From positions 4,712,001 through 4,776,000 of the forward strand of contig CATNEN010000011.1 in NCBI GenBank assembly GCA_950097015.1: a stretch of 64,000 bases of DNA. Direction: 5' to 3'. Below, in pieces: positions 11,717-23,290 of this stretch (its first letter is position 1; every line of letters starts with the position of its first letter). The stretch comes from Macrostomum hystrix (Eukaryota; Animalia; Platyhelminthes). The notes beneath the pieces were generated by a model, which ran no database searches, had not been told where the DNA came from, and saw only the letters and a program-made list of their open reading frames with translations. The translations under genes were made by a program, and so were the position numbers.

Positions 11717-12080
11717 ATCGGATGAACGATCTGAGCAGCTGGTGCAGAAGAAAGCAAATCTAAAGTGAACAGCTTTGCGGTTGGATAATAAGTCTCAGCA
11801 ACAACCTGGACCGGTGTTTCCAGTTCGAAAGCACTTTGAGGACAGAAAATGCTATTGGACGGGTAGAAAGTTACTCTTTATTGTTAATCATGTGACGCAA
11901 AATGAACTAATTAAAAAAAGAGTTTGGTAAAATTTAACGTTTCTAAAAGTGTGAAACGGATCTACTCTCCTAACTAAATTAACCAGTCCAGTTAATCTCC
12001 ATCCTCTCTGTAAAATCTAAATTAAAGATTTTAAATCCTAATTAATATTTATTGACAAAAATTGTCCGTATTCAACGAAG
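11715..12080 (+). pseudogene. 3' tail and flank of a further PAN-LamG copy (copy B)
   Basis: GATGAACGATCTGAGCAGCTGGTGCAGAAGAAAGCAAATCTAAA is identical to the end of the intact gene (17568-17611), followed by a diverged copy of its 3' flank (caacctggaccgg..agttcgaaagca). Confidence 0.8.
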
Positions 12081-12553
12081 CAAGAAATTCTGTAAATGGC
12101 AATGGAGGCACACTTATTTATTTAATTGTAGAAGCAAATTGTTGATAAATATATGTGCTCGATTCCCTTAAACGATTACCGTTTACTCTTAATTATAAAA
12201 GTCCTAATGATTTTTTCGTTGAAATAAACAGTCATGCAACAAGTCTAATATACTCTAATTAGATAAAAATAAAGCAAAAAAGTTATATTTAAAGCAACAT
12301 TCTTTTCACTTGCCTTCTTTGCAGATTATCTAGCTAGGTCTTTGTCTACGAGTATAAGTTAGTATATCACTGCTGCCCCGTAAGCTCGCAAATATACATT
12401 TTTTGAAAAGTTTCTAAATAATGACGAGTTCCTGAGACAATTTCTTTATAATTTTTTTTCATTTTTATTTTTTTTGTTTCTCGTTTGTTTGTTTTTTATT
12501 ATCCCAATTGAGTCACTAGTCAGCACATAGTGAAACGCATCGAAAATACGACG

Positions 12554-14770
12554 CTACTCGACAACGACAAACTTCTCAACCATTCCGTCTTCACCGATAC
12601 TAGTTTCAACAGAGACTTCCATGCGATCCATCTCTTCCGATGTCTGACCTCCGCGGCCGTCGACGCTGCGTACGGACACAAACTTCTTTAGCTGACCATC
12701 GGGCAGATCGTGGCCTGTGACCCTCACAGAGTAAGCCTTATTGTCCTTGAGCTCCAGGCCAGTTGCCTCAGCCAGAACATTGCCTTCTGCTTCAGCTGCA
12801 CCTGGTTGAGCTGACAAGTCACTGAATTGAGCAAATTTTTGCTTAGTCGAAGCTGTCACTACGGTTGGAGGTCTACGGCCGAACTGAATATACTTAAGAG
12901 ACTCAGGATCAGAGGCAAACACGCCTTCTGGTTCATCGGTGTTGGCAGCTGCTGACGTGGCTGGCTTCGGACCAAACTTGATGAATTTCAGATCCTCTGG
13001 GTCTGATGCGAAGATGCCTTCTGGTTCATCGGTGTTGGCAGCTGCTGACGTGGCTGGCTTCGGACCAAACTTGATGAATTTCAGAGCCTCTGGGTCTGAT
13101 GCGAAGATGCCTTCTGGTTCATCGGTGTTGGCAGCTGCTGACGTGGCTGGCTTCGGACCAAACTTGATGAATTTCAGAGCCTCTGGGTCTGATGCAAAGA
13201 TGCCTTCTGGTTCATCGGTGTTGGCAGCTGCTGACGTGGCTGGCTTTGGCCCAAACTTGATGAATTTCAGAGCCTCTGGGTCTGATGCGAAGATGCCATC
13301 TGGTTTATCGGTGTTGGCAGCTGCTGACGTGGCTGGCTTCGGACCAAACTTGATGAATTTCAGAGCTTCTGGGTCTGATGCAAAGATGCCATCTGGTTCA
13401 TCGGTGTTGGCAGCTGCTGACGTGGCTGGCTTCGGACCAAACTTGATGAATTTCAGAGCTTCTGGGTCTGATGCGAAGATGCCTTCTGGTTCATCGGTGT
13501 TGGCAACTGCTGACGTGGCTGGCTTCGGACCAAACTTGATGAATTTGAGTGCCTCTGGGTCTGATGCGAAGATGCCATCTGGTTTATCGGTGTTGGCAGC
13601 TGCTGACGTGGCTGGCTTCGGACCAAACTTGATGAATTTCAGAGCTTCTGGGTCTGATGCAAAGATGCCTTCTGGTTCATCGGTGTTGGCAGCTGCTGAC
13701 GTGGCTGGCTTTGGCCCAAACTTGATGAATTTGAGTGCCTCTGGGTCTGATGCGAAGATGCCATCTGGTTCATCGGTGTTGGCAGCTGCTGACGTGGCTG
13801 GCTTTGGCCCAAACTTGATGAATTTGAGTGCCTCTGGGTCTGATGCGAAGATGCCATCTGGTTCATCGGTGTTGGCAGCTGCTGACGTGGCTGGCTTTGG
13901 CCCAAACTTGATGAATTTGAGTGCCTCTGGGTCTGATGCGAAGATGCCATCTGGTTCATCGGTGTTGGCAGCTGCTGACGTGGCTGGCTTTGGCCCAAAC
14001 TTGATGAATTTGAGTGCCTCTGGGTCTGATGCGAAGATGCCATCTGGTTCATCGGTGTTGGCAGCTGCTGACGTGGCTGGCTTTGGCCCAAACTTGATGA
14101 ATTTGAGTGCCTCTGGGTCTGATGCGAAGATGCCTTCTGGTTCCTCATCATTGGTCTCACCGAACGTCTGAGGCTGCGGACCGAAGCGAATATACTTCAG
14201 AGCCTCCGGATCAGATGCAAAGATTCCCTGCTGCTCACTGGCCTCGCTATTTTCGTGTGTTGGGCCGTATCGGATGCTTTTCAACGTGTCCGCATCGGAA
14301 GAGTAAATTCCTTCTTCTAAACCATTCGCATCAGCCTTGGAATCCTTCTTGCTGCTTCTCAGGCGGACTATCTTGGAAGTGGTCACGCTCTCATCGACCT
14401 CTCTGGGTGTGTCGGCCGCATCATAGATGGCCACGGTCGCATAGTTGAGTCCGCCGTGCTGCTCCTTGTCTCGGGTGTAGAGCACCTGCAGTGTCTTCTC
14501 AGGCTCGTCCTCATACGGTACATCAGCAACAGGGGTGATGCAGACGCTGTCAAACTTAAGACCAGATTTTACGCCATGATCTTTCACCACAATGTTGTAC
14601 GTGTCGCTGGTTGATATGCCTTCATCATCCATGCCCAGCACTGTCCGCATGGAGCGGGTCTCAATACCTGCGTCGATTGATTCAGCCATGCTCAAAACTG
14701 CTTGTACGGCAATGTTTCGCTTGCGAGAATCGAAACTGCTTTTATTGCTGTGCAAGTTTTTGGACCAATT
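12554..14770 (-). CDS. Unknown acidic protein (>=712 aa) with 13 near-identical 31-aa repeats plus 3 diverged copies; probably a single or terminal exon
   Basis: Frame open for 2.2 kb, including ~200 aa upstream and ~120 aa downstream of the array. Many substitutions between the 93-bp units are silent. Start uncertain (ATG at ~14690 or acceptor GGTTAG at 14771). Confidence 0.75.
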   Translation of the reverse strand, partial: NWSKNLHSNKSSFDSRKRNIAVQAVLSMAESIDAGIETRSMRTVLGMDDEGISTSDTYNIVVKDHGVKSGLKFDSVCITPVADVPYEDEPEKTLQVLYTRDKEQHGGLNYATVAIYDAADTPREVDESVTTSKIVRLRSSKKDSKADANGLEEGIYSSDADTLKSIRYGPTHENSEASEQQGIFASDPEALKYIRFGPQPQTFGETNDEEPEGIFASDPEALKFIKFGPKPATSAAANTDEPDGIFASDPEALKFIKFGPKPATSAAANTDEPDGIFASDPEALKFIKFGPKPATSAAANTDEPDGIFASDPEALKFIKFGPKPATSAAANTDEPDGIFASDPEALKFIKFGPKPATSAAANTDEPEGIFASDPEALKFIKFGPKPATSAAANTDKPDGIFASDPEALKFIKFGPKPATSAVANTDEPEGIFASDPEALKFIKFGPKPATSAAANTDEPDGIFASDPEALKFIKFGPKPATSAAANTDKPDGIFASDPEALKFIKFGPKPATSAAANTDEPEGIFASDPEALKFIKFGPKPATSAAANTDEPEGIFASDPEALKFIKFGPKPATSAAANTDEPEGIFASDPEDLKFIKFGPKPATSAAANTDEPEGVFASDPESLKYIQFGRRPPTVVTASTKQKFAQFSDLSAQPGAAEAEGNVLAEATGLELKDNKAYSVRVTGHDLPDGQLKKFVSVRSVDGRGGQTSEEMDRMEVSVETSIGEDGMVEKFVVVE
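12931..14150 (-). repeat. Coding tandem repeat, 93-bp unit x13 (EP[ED]GIFASDPEALKFIKFGPKPATSAAANTD)
   Basis: GTTCATCGGT recurs at 12931, 13024 and onward (period 93). Confidence 0.95.
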
Positions 14771-15979
14771 CTAACCATATAGGGTTAAATTGAAGTTGTC
14801 GAGATGTGGCGAACGCTCTTGCTTTACTATCCGAGTACAATGGCAGTGTACAGAAAACTCTCAAGAGCAGTCTGAGCAAGCCTGAGCTCGTATGAAGCCA
14901 CTCTGCTTACTCCGACAAGCCATTGTCTCGCTTGAAATAATCCTGAGCTTGCTCATAATGCAGAGCACAGTACTCAAAAGCCAAAAGCCCAGCTGCTCAA
15001 GCACCCACCTCTCTGCCGGCCCATGCGCTGTCATAACTTGCCATGCGGGTCGGTTAGTACGCACAAGGTGCCTTTGAGAAGGCCTCAAACAAGCAGTAAG
15101 ACAAGCGTGTCAAACACACAGTTCAAGCTTTAATGAGCTCTAGAGTCTCCTAAAACTATTTTTAAATGCGTAGAGTATTTAGTATTTAGTCTCTGGATAG
15201 ACTCAGAAAGCAGAAACACCATACAATTCATCAATAAACACAAAGTTTCTTATGCCTGAACAAACTGTGGCCATGTTTTTTGCGCAAATTAATCGACTCA
15301 TTTATGCCTTCAGGCCATCAAAAGGAGTTTGAGCACACTTTACATGTATTTTTTCAGTTCAAAAAGTGAGTAAGTCTAGTAGGTAAAGTCCTGATCCAGT
15401 CTAGTCATATAACGAAAATCATTCTTACACATGAGATTTCTAAATTTTTTTGAGCAACATCTGACAATCAAAGGAAAAATGGCTTGGACCATTAATATGA
15501 TTCAAAATGCAGCATGTCAGCCCAAAGCTATTTTTCCATACCCAAAGCTATTAGTTTGACTAACGTTTTGCAGACATGGTTTCCTGGTAGCATTAAAACA
15601 TTGAACACGCACACAGACACGGAAACCTGTGCATTAGCCCTAGGCTTGCTAACACTAAGCCAAGCTAGGTAGCATACACCCGCTATACCATACATGGGAC
15701 CACCGATAATTTAGCAACATTGCAGCCCTACAAGGGATTTTGAAATTGTAATATTGTGACATTGTCATGAATATGAATACTTGATGTGAGTCGTTGTAAC
15801 GATGCTTTTTCCAATTTCTGTTTACGAGACTGTATTTCTGACACCAATTTTCGATAACTATCACTCACTCATCACTTTGTCTCTCAAACTCATCAGATCT
15901 GTCATGAAGATCTGCGGCGTCGCCGATGATGCCTGCAAAGGAGTGCTGCTGCTGCTGCTGCTGCTGCTATTTCGCCGTC

Positions 15980-16160
15980 AAGCAGGGACCAGCCCGAGTG
16001 GGTTTGCCTTCAGGGGCGTAAATTGCATAGCAAACCTCCAAGCCTTCTCTCCGCGGCTGCATATTACGAGCGTACGAGTAATATGAGTTCGCTGTGACAT
16101 CGAACTCAGAGGCCTTGGTGCTAGAGGCAAACTGCTTTGCAACTCAACCCCGAAAGCAAA
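15980..16160 (-). mobile_element. SINE family B 5' fragment
   Basis: Reverse strand ..gagttcgatgtcacagcg..gccgcggagagaaggcttggaggtttgctatgcaatttacgccc matches the family B body. Confidence 0.6.
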
Positions 16161-16333
16161 GCCCTGATAGGTTTTGGCAACCACAGCGCATTGGCTGCGG
16201 CTATATCCAGCAAATAGCTAGCTTCAGTCTAAAAACATGATCTATTTTTCGTCGTAATTTTTCTTTTTTAAATGGAGCTCAAACTTTTGCTTGCATACAT
16301 TTTGCTTCTGTGGGAAGAAACAGACATTGAAAC

Positions 16334-17610
16334 ATGGGTATTAGCAAACGAATTTTCATTTACCAAGCCATGCTTCTAGGACTTGGGATAGGAGAAGTCA
16401 GACCTTTTACCACCGCCACGACCAACTACGAGAGGCTGCAGGTCTGTCCGTCTACCGACCTGCCCGCTGACGGAGTGTGGAAGCTGCCGACTCACCAGCT
16501 GACCGACCGCAGCATCGCTGGCTGTGTGCTGAGCTGCCACACGAGGCAGAGCTGCGCAGCTGCCACCATGATGTCTCAGCTGTGTCTGCTGGCGTCTGCC
16601 GAGGCCTTCCTCACTGCATGGCTGTACGGTGGACAATGCGACTCGTTTGTGAACAGACAGAGGCTTGGCCAGTTCCAGCACTGTGAGTGTCTGATGTGTG
16701 ACATGATTTTTCTAGTCTCAGTCGCAGCCTTGAGTACATTGATTTCGTGCGATCTCACAACCGAAGCTTACACGGCCGACCTGCCCAGCAGCATCTCAGA
16801 GAGCTCACTGCGGATTCTGTACCACTTCCGTGTTGGCCCCTTCAACCTGGCACCTGTGCGCCAGAATCCGCACACTCCGGTGCTGGTGTCGGCTCCGCTC
16901 AACAAGTCCATGGGAGTGTTCGTGGCCGGCAACCTAGCGTCCTACGTGGATGTTAGCACGGCTGATGGCATCGAGGATCTGTTCGTGCCGGAGCCCAATG
17001 TGACGATTCTGATGAGTGCCCAGCTGGACTTCGTGAGCTCGTGAGCGAATACAGCTTTTTATTTGGTGCTCTGGCATGACGCACCTAATCAAATATATAT
17101 ATTGATTTTGTTGATTATTAGGCCTGCTAGAATTTTTAATCAAGTACTAAAATTGAATTCAATTTCAGGGCTGAGGTTAACGTAGTTTATCGAATAAAGG
17201 AATGCTTTTCCAATAGGTTTGGGAGCATGGTTGTCTCAAAGATTGAAAATCGGCTCGCCTACCGCAGCGTGCTTCCTGATGGCAAGGGAAAAGTCTTTGC
17301 GGCATCTCCAGGTAGTTTTCAATCGACTACCGGAGACAGCCACACGGCGTTTGGATTTACGATGCCTGGTCAATCTATCTGTTCGTGGTACTATAAAGGC
17401 AATCTTGAGCCAATTCCTGTGATCTTTGCTGAGTCAGTCTACAATAACAGCGCGGCAAACTTTCAGTGCCTCAGGTTCGGCGGGGTCGCATCTACGAATT
17501 CGATCAACTCCATGAAGGGCTGGATCGAGTGCTTTGTTGTCGGGCAAGGACAATTCAATTTGAATCAGATGAACGATCTGAGCAGCTGGTGCAGAAGAAA
17601 GCAAATCTAA
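16334..17610 (+). CDS. Secreted PAN/apple-domain + concanavalin-A/LamG-like domain protein (copy C, intact); exons 16334..16682, 16767..17040, 17169..17610; 354 aa
   Basis: Hydrophobic N-terminus; PAN-like Cys pattern (GCVLSCHTRQSCAAA..LCLL..QC); GT-AG introns of 84 and 128 bp give a continuous frame (phases 1 and 2). The beta-rich C-terminus GVFVAG..TILM..WYYKG..LRFGG..MKGWIECF resembles LamG/pentraxin-type folds. Confidence 0.75.
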
Positions 17611-19501
17611 AATGTAAAACTTCGCGTTTTAAGAAGCTTGTTGCATAAGAAGTCTGAGTACCAACCTGGACCGGTTTTTTCGAGTTCGAAAGCAGTTCGA
17701 GGACCGAAAATTCTATTTGAATGCATAGTTCCGGAATCTTTATTTCTAATCACTTGACGCAACATAAATTATCAACTTTTAGGAACGTTTGTTCAAATCA
17801 AACGTTTAGAATGTCTTGAAATGAATGGATCCTTCTCCTAAGTCCTACCAATATCAATCAATCCAGCAAATGCACTTTCGCGTTGAATTCTGACATATTA
17901 ACTTTTCTCATTTAGGCTTTACTGAATTCGATAACGAAAATTTCAGTCATATATACGAACCAAAAAATGCGGTAAAATGCAATTGAGAGATGTACGAGTA
18001 GCTGCTTAACTCAAATAAAATTCTATCGCTGACGTTAAATTCTTTGTGTTCTTAGATATTTTCCTATTCTGTGGCATATACCGAAACCGTTGCTTTGCTT
18101 TTATTTCCAGTTTTTATACCAATCGATTCTCAACGTAATTGTCTACTTATGACATTAGCACCTTTTAGCACTAATGAAAACTGGCCTAATGAAAAAAAAT
18201 CTGGCGATAATACAGAAATGTATGATTTTTGTTTATTATATTATCGAAGCAAGTTTATGAAAAATGCATATGCGATGCACTTTAACTATTAAAGATTCAT
18301 TTTCCGTTGAATTAACGACCATCTTACCTCGTTACCAATTCGAACCATTGGAGACTAATCTGAAAGACTAAAAAGTGGGAAAAGTTATCGATAGCCATTA
18401 CTGCTTTAAGGGAAGCAATTAACAGTTGGACTACAAAACCAATTTGCCACCCGTTTGCATACAGAGGGGTGGGCAGAATCCCCCTGAAATTTTTTTGGCA
18501 GCGCCTGAATGCTGACAGCGTTGGGTGGTGACTGATTGGTTGACAGACTGGGCGATGGTGTCCTGTGGTTGAGCTGCGCCTAATACTTAGGCACTTAGGC
18601 TTGATCAGTGAAATTGCAGAAATTTGGGTCAGGTTGTCCATAGTGGCCTAGTTCCACCTTTTTTAGCCCTTGAAGGTCCAGCAAGCCAGTCTAGATAAAG
18701 GTAGGTGACCACCAAAGACGGAGATGATGCAGGCACATTCGGGTGACATGCTGATAAGTTTTGAAGGCCTCGCAAGGCTATACTGAGGCGCAGTGCTAAT
18801 TCGTGTATAGGGGTGTATGAAATACACTAGCACTCGTGGGAAAAATCGGACCTTCGACCAGAAACATTGAATATCTCGACGGTCTGAAGAGCTGGCGACT
18901 TGTTTCTTGTTTCAGAAGATGCGCAACAAAAAGTTGGCCCGTGTTCTTGAGTTTCGTGTGCTTGCATTGCTCAGTTCTGGTGCAGCACAAAACATTGTCA
19001 GGGTGGGTTAAATCCCCCTATGGTAGCTCTATTGAAAAAGTTGTAAGAAAACTTCAAAAAAAGAAAGTTAGGTGGCTAAAAAGCAAAACGGAAGTAGGAA
19101 AGTTAGGAAAGCATCGATTCTCAAACTTCCTGAAACGGGACGAGGCCTAGTCTGGCAGTCTGAGAAATATCACATTTAGCAGTTTAATGTTCATTAGCGA
19201 CTTTACTTACTTCTCACTATTGGTTTAAATAAAGTTTTCCGTTCTCAAATAGTCAGCCAACCAGACTTGAAACTATCGGCAATAATGAATGAAGAGTTAC
19301 GGACTCGGTCTGTGGTGGTAACACGATAGAACTTATAGTAAATTAATACACATTAATGTTTCGCTGTTTCTGTGTGTCATAGCAGATAGCAGCTTTGTTT
19401 TGTTTCATTTTAACATTTAACATTTAAATTCAGCTCCAGTCTCAGAATATTCAGAGTCGTACCACCTTAGCCTAAAAGTGCCCGTTCTTCCCTCAACTTC
19501 T

Positions 19502-19680
19502 GTCCATTGTTAAAATTTCCAAAACTATAGTCCCTCGTAATTCCCTCAATTTTGCCCATTGTTAAAATTTCCAAAACTATAGTCCCTCGTAATTCCCTCA
19601 ATTTTGCCCATTGTTAAAATTTCCAAAACTATAGCCCCTCGTAATCCCCTGCCCTGGCTCCATTGTTAAAATTTCCCGGC
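19502..19680 (+). repeat. ~54-bp tandem repeat x3-4 upstream of the Penelope-like element
   Basis: CCATTGTTAAAATTTCCAAAACTATAG[T/C]CCCTCGTAAT repeated. Confidence 0.85.
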
Positions 19681-19899
19681 CTTAAGCCTCACTGCCAAAT
19701 TTACATACATTTGCCCCTCCTGCTAAGTCCCTCCACCGTCAACAGACCCTCGCGCACGTTGACTCCTCGGCCCCCCCGATGCATTCGCATCGCACACCCA
19801 CTAATTCCCTCCAAAAACAAATAACTAAAGGGCCCTTTTCGCAAGTTGGGCCCCCTTGCCCAGCCCAGTCAACACTCTATCCCTTTCCCTCTCTAACCC

Positions 19900-21520
19900 A
19901 GACCCGACCCATTGGCAGTGTGACTGCCATTCCACGGCTACCTACCAGCTAGAAGGCATGTCTTCCTCTCCCCACCAGATAACCCAGGACCAAGACACTT
20001 CTACACACTTCCCAAGATCCATAAGGATCCTGACTCCTGGCTCATTCCCCACCAGATCCCGAAGGACCGCCCCATAGTCAGTGGGTGCTCGTCTGAACCA
20101 TTGGAGCGGAGCAACTCATTGACTATTACCGACTCAACCACCCTGGCCACCATGGCCGTGGCCTCCCTATACACCATGATTGATACCACCGACGGACTCC
20201 GGGCCATCAAACACTTCTTCCAGACCTATCATGACCCACTCAGGCCCAGTGAGGCCATCCTCATACTCCTCCACATCTGCCTCACCCGCAACGACTTCTG
20301 CTTCCGGGGTCTTTGGTTTCTACAAATCAAAGGCACAGCCATGGGAAAAATCTTTGCCCCCAACTATGCTTGTCTCTTTATGAGCCGCTGGGAGGAGGCT
20401 TCCCTCAATACCGCTCTATCCCACTCTATCTCCCCGGGTATCTTTCTCCGGCACATTCACGACATTTTCGTCACCCTCGAGGGTACCCCATCCACAGCCC
20501 AGCGGTTTGTTGAGATTCTCAACAGCCACGACCCCAACATCCAACTCACTCTCTCCTTCTCACCAATCTCAGTGGATTTCCTGGATCTCACTTTTAAGAT
20601 CTCGGGTTCCACTCTCCGCACATCTCTCTACATCAAACCCACCAGGTCTCTCCTTCTCCACAAAAATCTGCCCATCCCGCTCACACCTTCAAGGGCGTCC
20701 TTAAATCCCAAATCCTTAGGGCCGCCCGCCTCTGTGACTACTACCCGGATTTCTCCGCATTCTGCCGGAATCTCCGCCTTTATCTCCGCTCGAGTGGCTA
20801 CACCGCCACCTTCTTTAACTCAGTAAAAAACTCAATCCTTTCCTCCCTGGGTTGGCCCCAGTCCATCCCCCGTCCAATCCTGATCCCCAAGGGTTTCCGC
20901 CCCTGCAACCCTCCCCGCTGCAGGACCTGCCCCCACTCGGTCCCCACAACTTCATTTCGGGGCCCCAAACCAGCCTCCGATTTTCTCATCACCCAATCTC
21001 TCCTGTGACTCAGTTCACATTATCTACGGTATCACCTGCACCCGATGCCTACCCTTGCATCCCGTATCTACGTAGGTTGCACCACCAACACCCTTAGGGA
21101 CCGTCTGAATGGCCATCGCTCGTACATCAGACTGAGGAGAGAAAAACCAGTGGCCCTACACTTTAGCTCCTATTATTCTATTGCCGATTTAAGAATCGTG
21201 GCAATCGAAGCCCTCCCCGAAGAAACCCCCTCTAACCCAAAGAATCAACTTGGATCCACAAATTGGGAACCTCCCCCGGAATCAATGTCCAATGCAATTC
21301 CACTCAGGATCGACCCATCCCATTTGTCCTCGACCACCACCCGACCCTGTCGTCATTTTTTCGCCGCTCGGTGTCTGCAATCACCGACGCGGCTCTCCCT
21401 TTCAAACCCATCCTGGCTACCAGAAACTCCCGCAATCTCCAAAGCTTGATCGCTCTAATCAAAGTAAAACCCCCCTCCGCATCTCGAAACCAACTTAGAT
21501 AGACGTCCGTGAGGACGTCC
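19900..21520 (+). mobile_element. Penelope-like element (RT + Cys linker + GIY-YIG endonuclease), decayed and internally deleted
   Basis: RT motifs ASLYTMI, FLQIKGTAMGKIFAPNYACLFM, RHIHDIF (mutated RYIDDIF), DFLDL; linker GFRPCNPPRCRTCP (Neptune-type); endonuclease IIYGITC..YVGCTT..RLNGHRS..VALHF..WIHKLGT. Multiple frameshifts. Confidence 0.92.
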
Positions 21521-22047
21521 CCTCTCGTTCTCTCTTTTCTCCATTTCCCCGCTCCTTTCCAAGTTTGAGAAGACTTAGTTTGAGAATTTTGTTTGAGAAC
21601 AAAATTTTGTTTGTTTAAAGTTAAAATATGGCTCCATTTTGTTTAAACTAGGATCGAAACAAGCAGATTCGAGCATTGGAAGATGAAAATGCCAGCCTGA
21701 AGGAAATGCTTTGAATTCAGCACGTGCTAATTATTAGTCAGCACAGAAACCTTGAATCGCTTCAAGGGTCTCCAACGCATAAAATGCGTTGTAAAATTGT
21801 GTGTAAGCAGTAAAATTTTAGTTACCAATTCTTAATAAAATTTTTATAAAAAAGTTTATAAGCACAATCAAGTCGCTTGGTGTCTTTTATGTTTTTATTA
21901 TTCAACACGCTTTTTCCACGTAAGTTGACTAAGTTTTTAAGGGCAAATAAATCAAAATTACATTATCACTTGAGCTAAATATATTTATATAAACTCAAAT
22001 AGATCGACACGGCCACGGCTGCTGTCCAGCCAGCTGCCGGTGCCACT

Positions 22048-22410
22048 TTGACGGCCGCCTCCACCGCCACCTCCGCTGCTGCCTCCACCACGGCCACCTC
22101 CGCTGCTGCCTCCACCACGGCCACCTCCGCTGCTGCCTCCACCACCGCCAACTCCGCTGCTGCCTCCACCACCGCCAACTCCGCTGCTGCCTCCACCACC
22201 GCCAACTCCGCTGCTGCCTCCACCACTGCCAACTCCGCTGCTGCCTACACCACCGCCAACTCCGCTGCTGCCTCCACCACCGCCAACTCCGCTGCTGCCT
22301 CCACCATCGCCAACTCCGCTGCTGCCTACACCACCGCCAACTCCGCTGCTGCCTACACCACCGCCAACTCCGCTGCTGCCTACACCACCGCCAACTCCGC
22401 TGCTGCCTGT
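22048..22410. repeat. 27-bp GC-rich minisatellite (ACCACCGCCAACTCCGCTGCTGCCTCC)
   Basis: About 13 tandem units. Four overlapping ORFs are different frames of the repeat. Confidence 0.9.
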
Positions 22411-22946
22411 CGCAAATTTTAGTATAGTATAGCATGGCAAAGTATGATACCTTGCACCATATTCTACACAGGCCTACGATATCGTATAGATGTAAATTAG
22501 CAAGATGTACATTGATATTGATTCGATCTAAATCCTACTCAATATAGACACCGGACGCGCTTCGGTCTGTAATAAATGGATCTGAGCCTGGAGGGCCATT
22601 ATTCAATGTACGCAATAAATATTTATTGTCTGGTTTAATTGTTATCTTTCTGTCTTTTATCTACTACTTTCAAAGTACTTTTACTTGTACTCTTAATTTG
22701 TTTCTTTTATACATTGAGTCCTAAATCGTAAGTCCATAAGCTCTTAAGCTCGTATTTGAGCTTATACTTTAAGCCTCTACATCCTCATACATGCCTGCTC
22801 ATGTCATTGCTCATACAAGCCTCATACATGCTTTTATTAAATATATATATAGGTAGACATCGATGCCTCATAATTATCCAACGACGAAAGCCCTGACAGC
22901 CCTGCTGACACCACGATTCGCGGCCCTACGCGGGGCCAAAGTTTAA

Positions 22947-23290
22947 ATGGGTGCCAGAAAGGCAGCATGGCAAGCGGAGGTCCTCCAGCGGCTGTTGAAA
23001 GAAGATGACTCCGCCGTCTTTGTTGCAGCTTCCGGCGAAAAAGGCCGCGGCGCTTTTTCTGCGTGTTCCCTCGCCAGAGGAGCTTTTGTTTGCGAGTACG
23101 CGGGCAAGCTCCTGAGCAAGAGCGAGTCGGACGCTCGCTACGTGGAGCTGCATGAGGCAGGAAAGGCTACCTTTTCATCTTTAACTTTTAATATAACGGC
23201 CGGCGCCAGACTCCGATCGCGTCGGTCGGTACTTGAACCACTCCCGGACAAAAAAACTGCCGTGTTGTCACCACCGGCGTCCAGTGTTTG
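22947..23290 (+). pseudogene. Intronless PR-Set7/SETD8-like SET-domain relic
   Basis: GEKGRGAFS..LARGAFVCEYAGKLLSKSE, then after frameshifts GYLFIF and DRVGRYLNHSRTK-NCRVV (KGRG, EYxG and GRxxNHS SET motifs). Confidence 0.75.

Noticed and set aside
12939-14171. 410-aa antisense ORF over the 93-bp repeat
   Set aside because: Confined to the repeat. The minus frame extends well beyond it and shows silent variation, so the plus frame is a by-product.
12900-14260. FMRFamide/YIRFamide neuropeptide precursor as the primary call
   Set aside because: Most copies are followed by G-P rather than G-K/R, lack flanking dibasic sites and no signal peptide is visible. Kept only as a minor alternative.
18324-19150. 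Several ~100-aa ORFs upstream of the PLE
   Set aside because: No motifs, no consistent splice structure, and alternative-start ORFs of chance length.
21975-22440. Gly/Ser-rich, Trp/Arg-rich or (TTANSAAAS)n protein
   Set aside because: All are frames of one 27-bp repeat and no splice-connected exons were found. Coding status cannot be excluded without RNA data.
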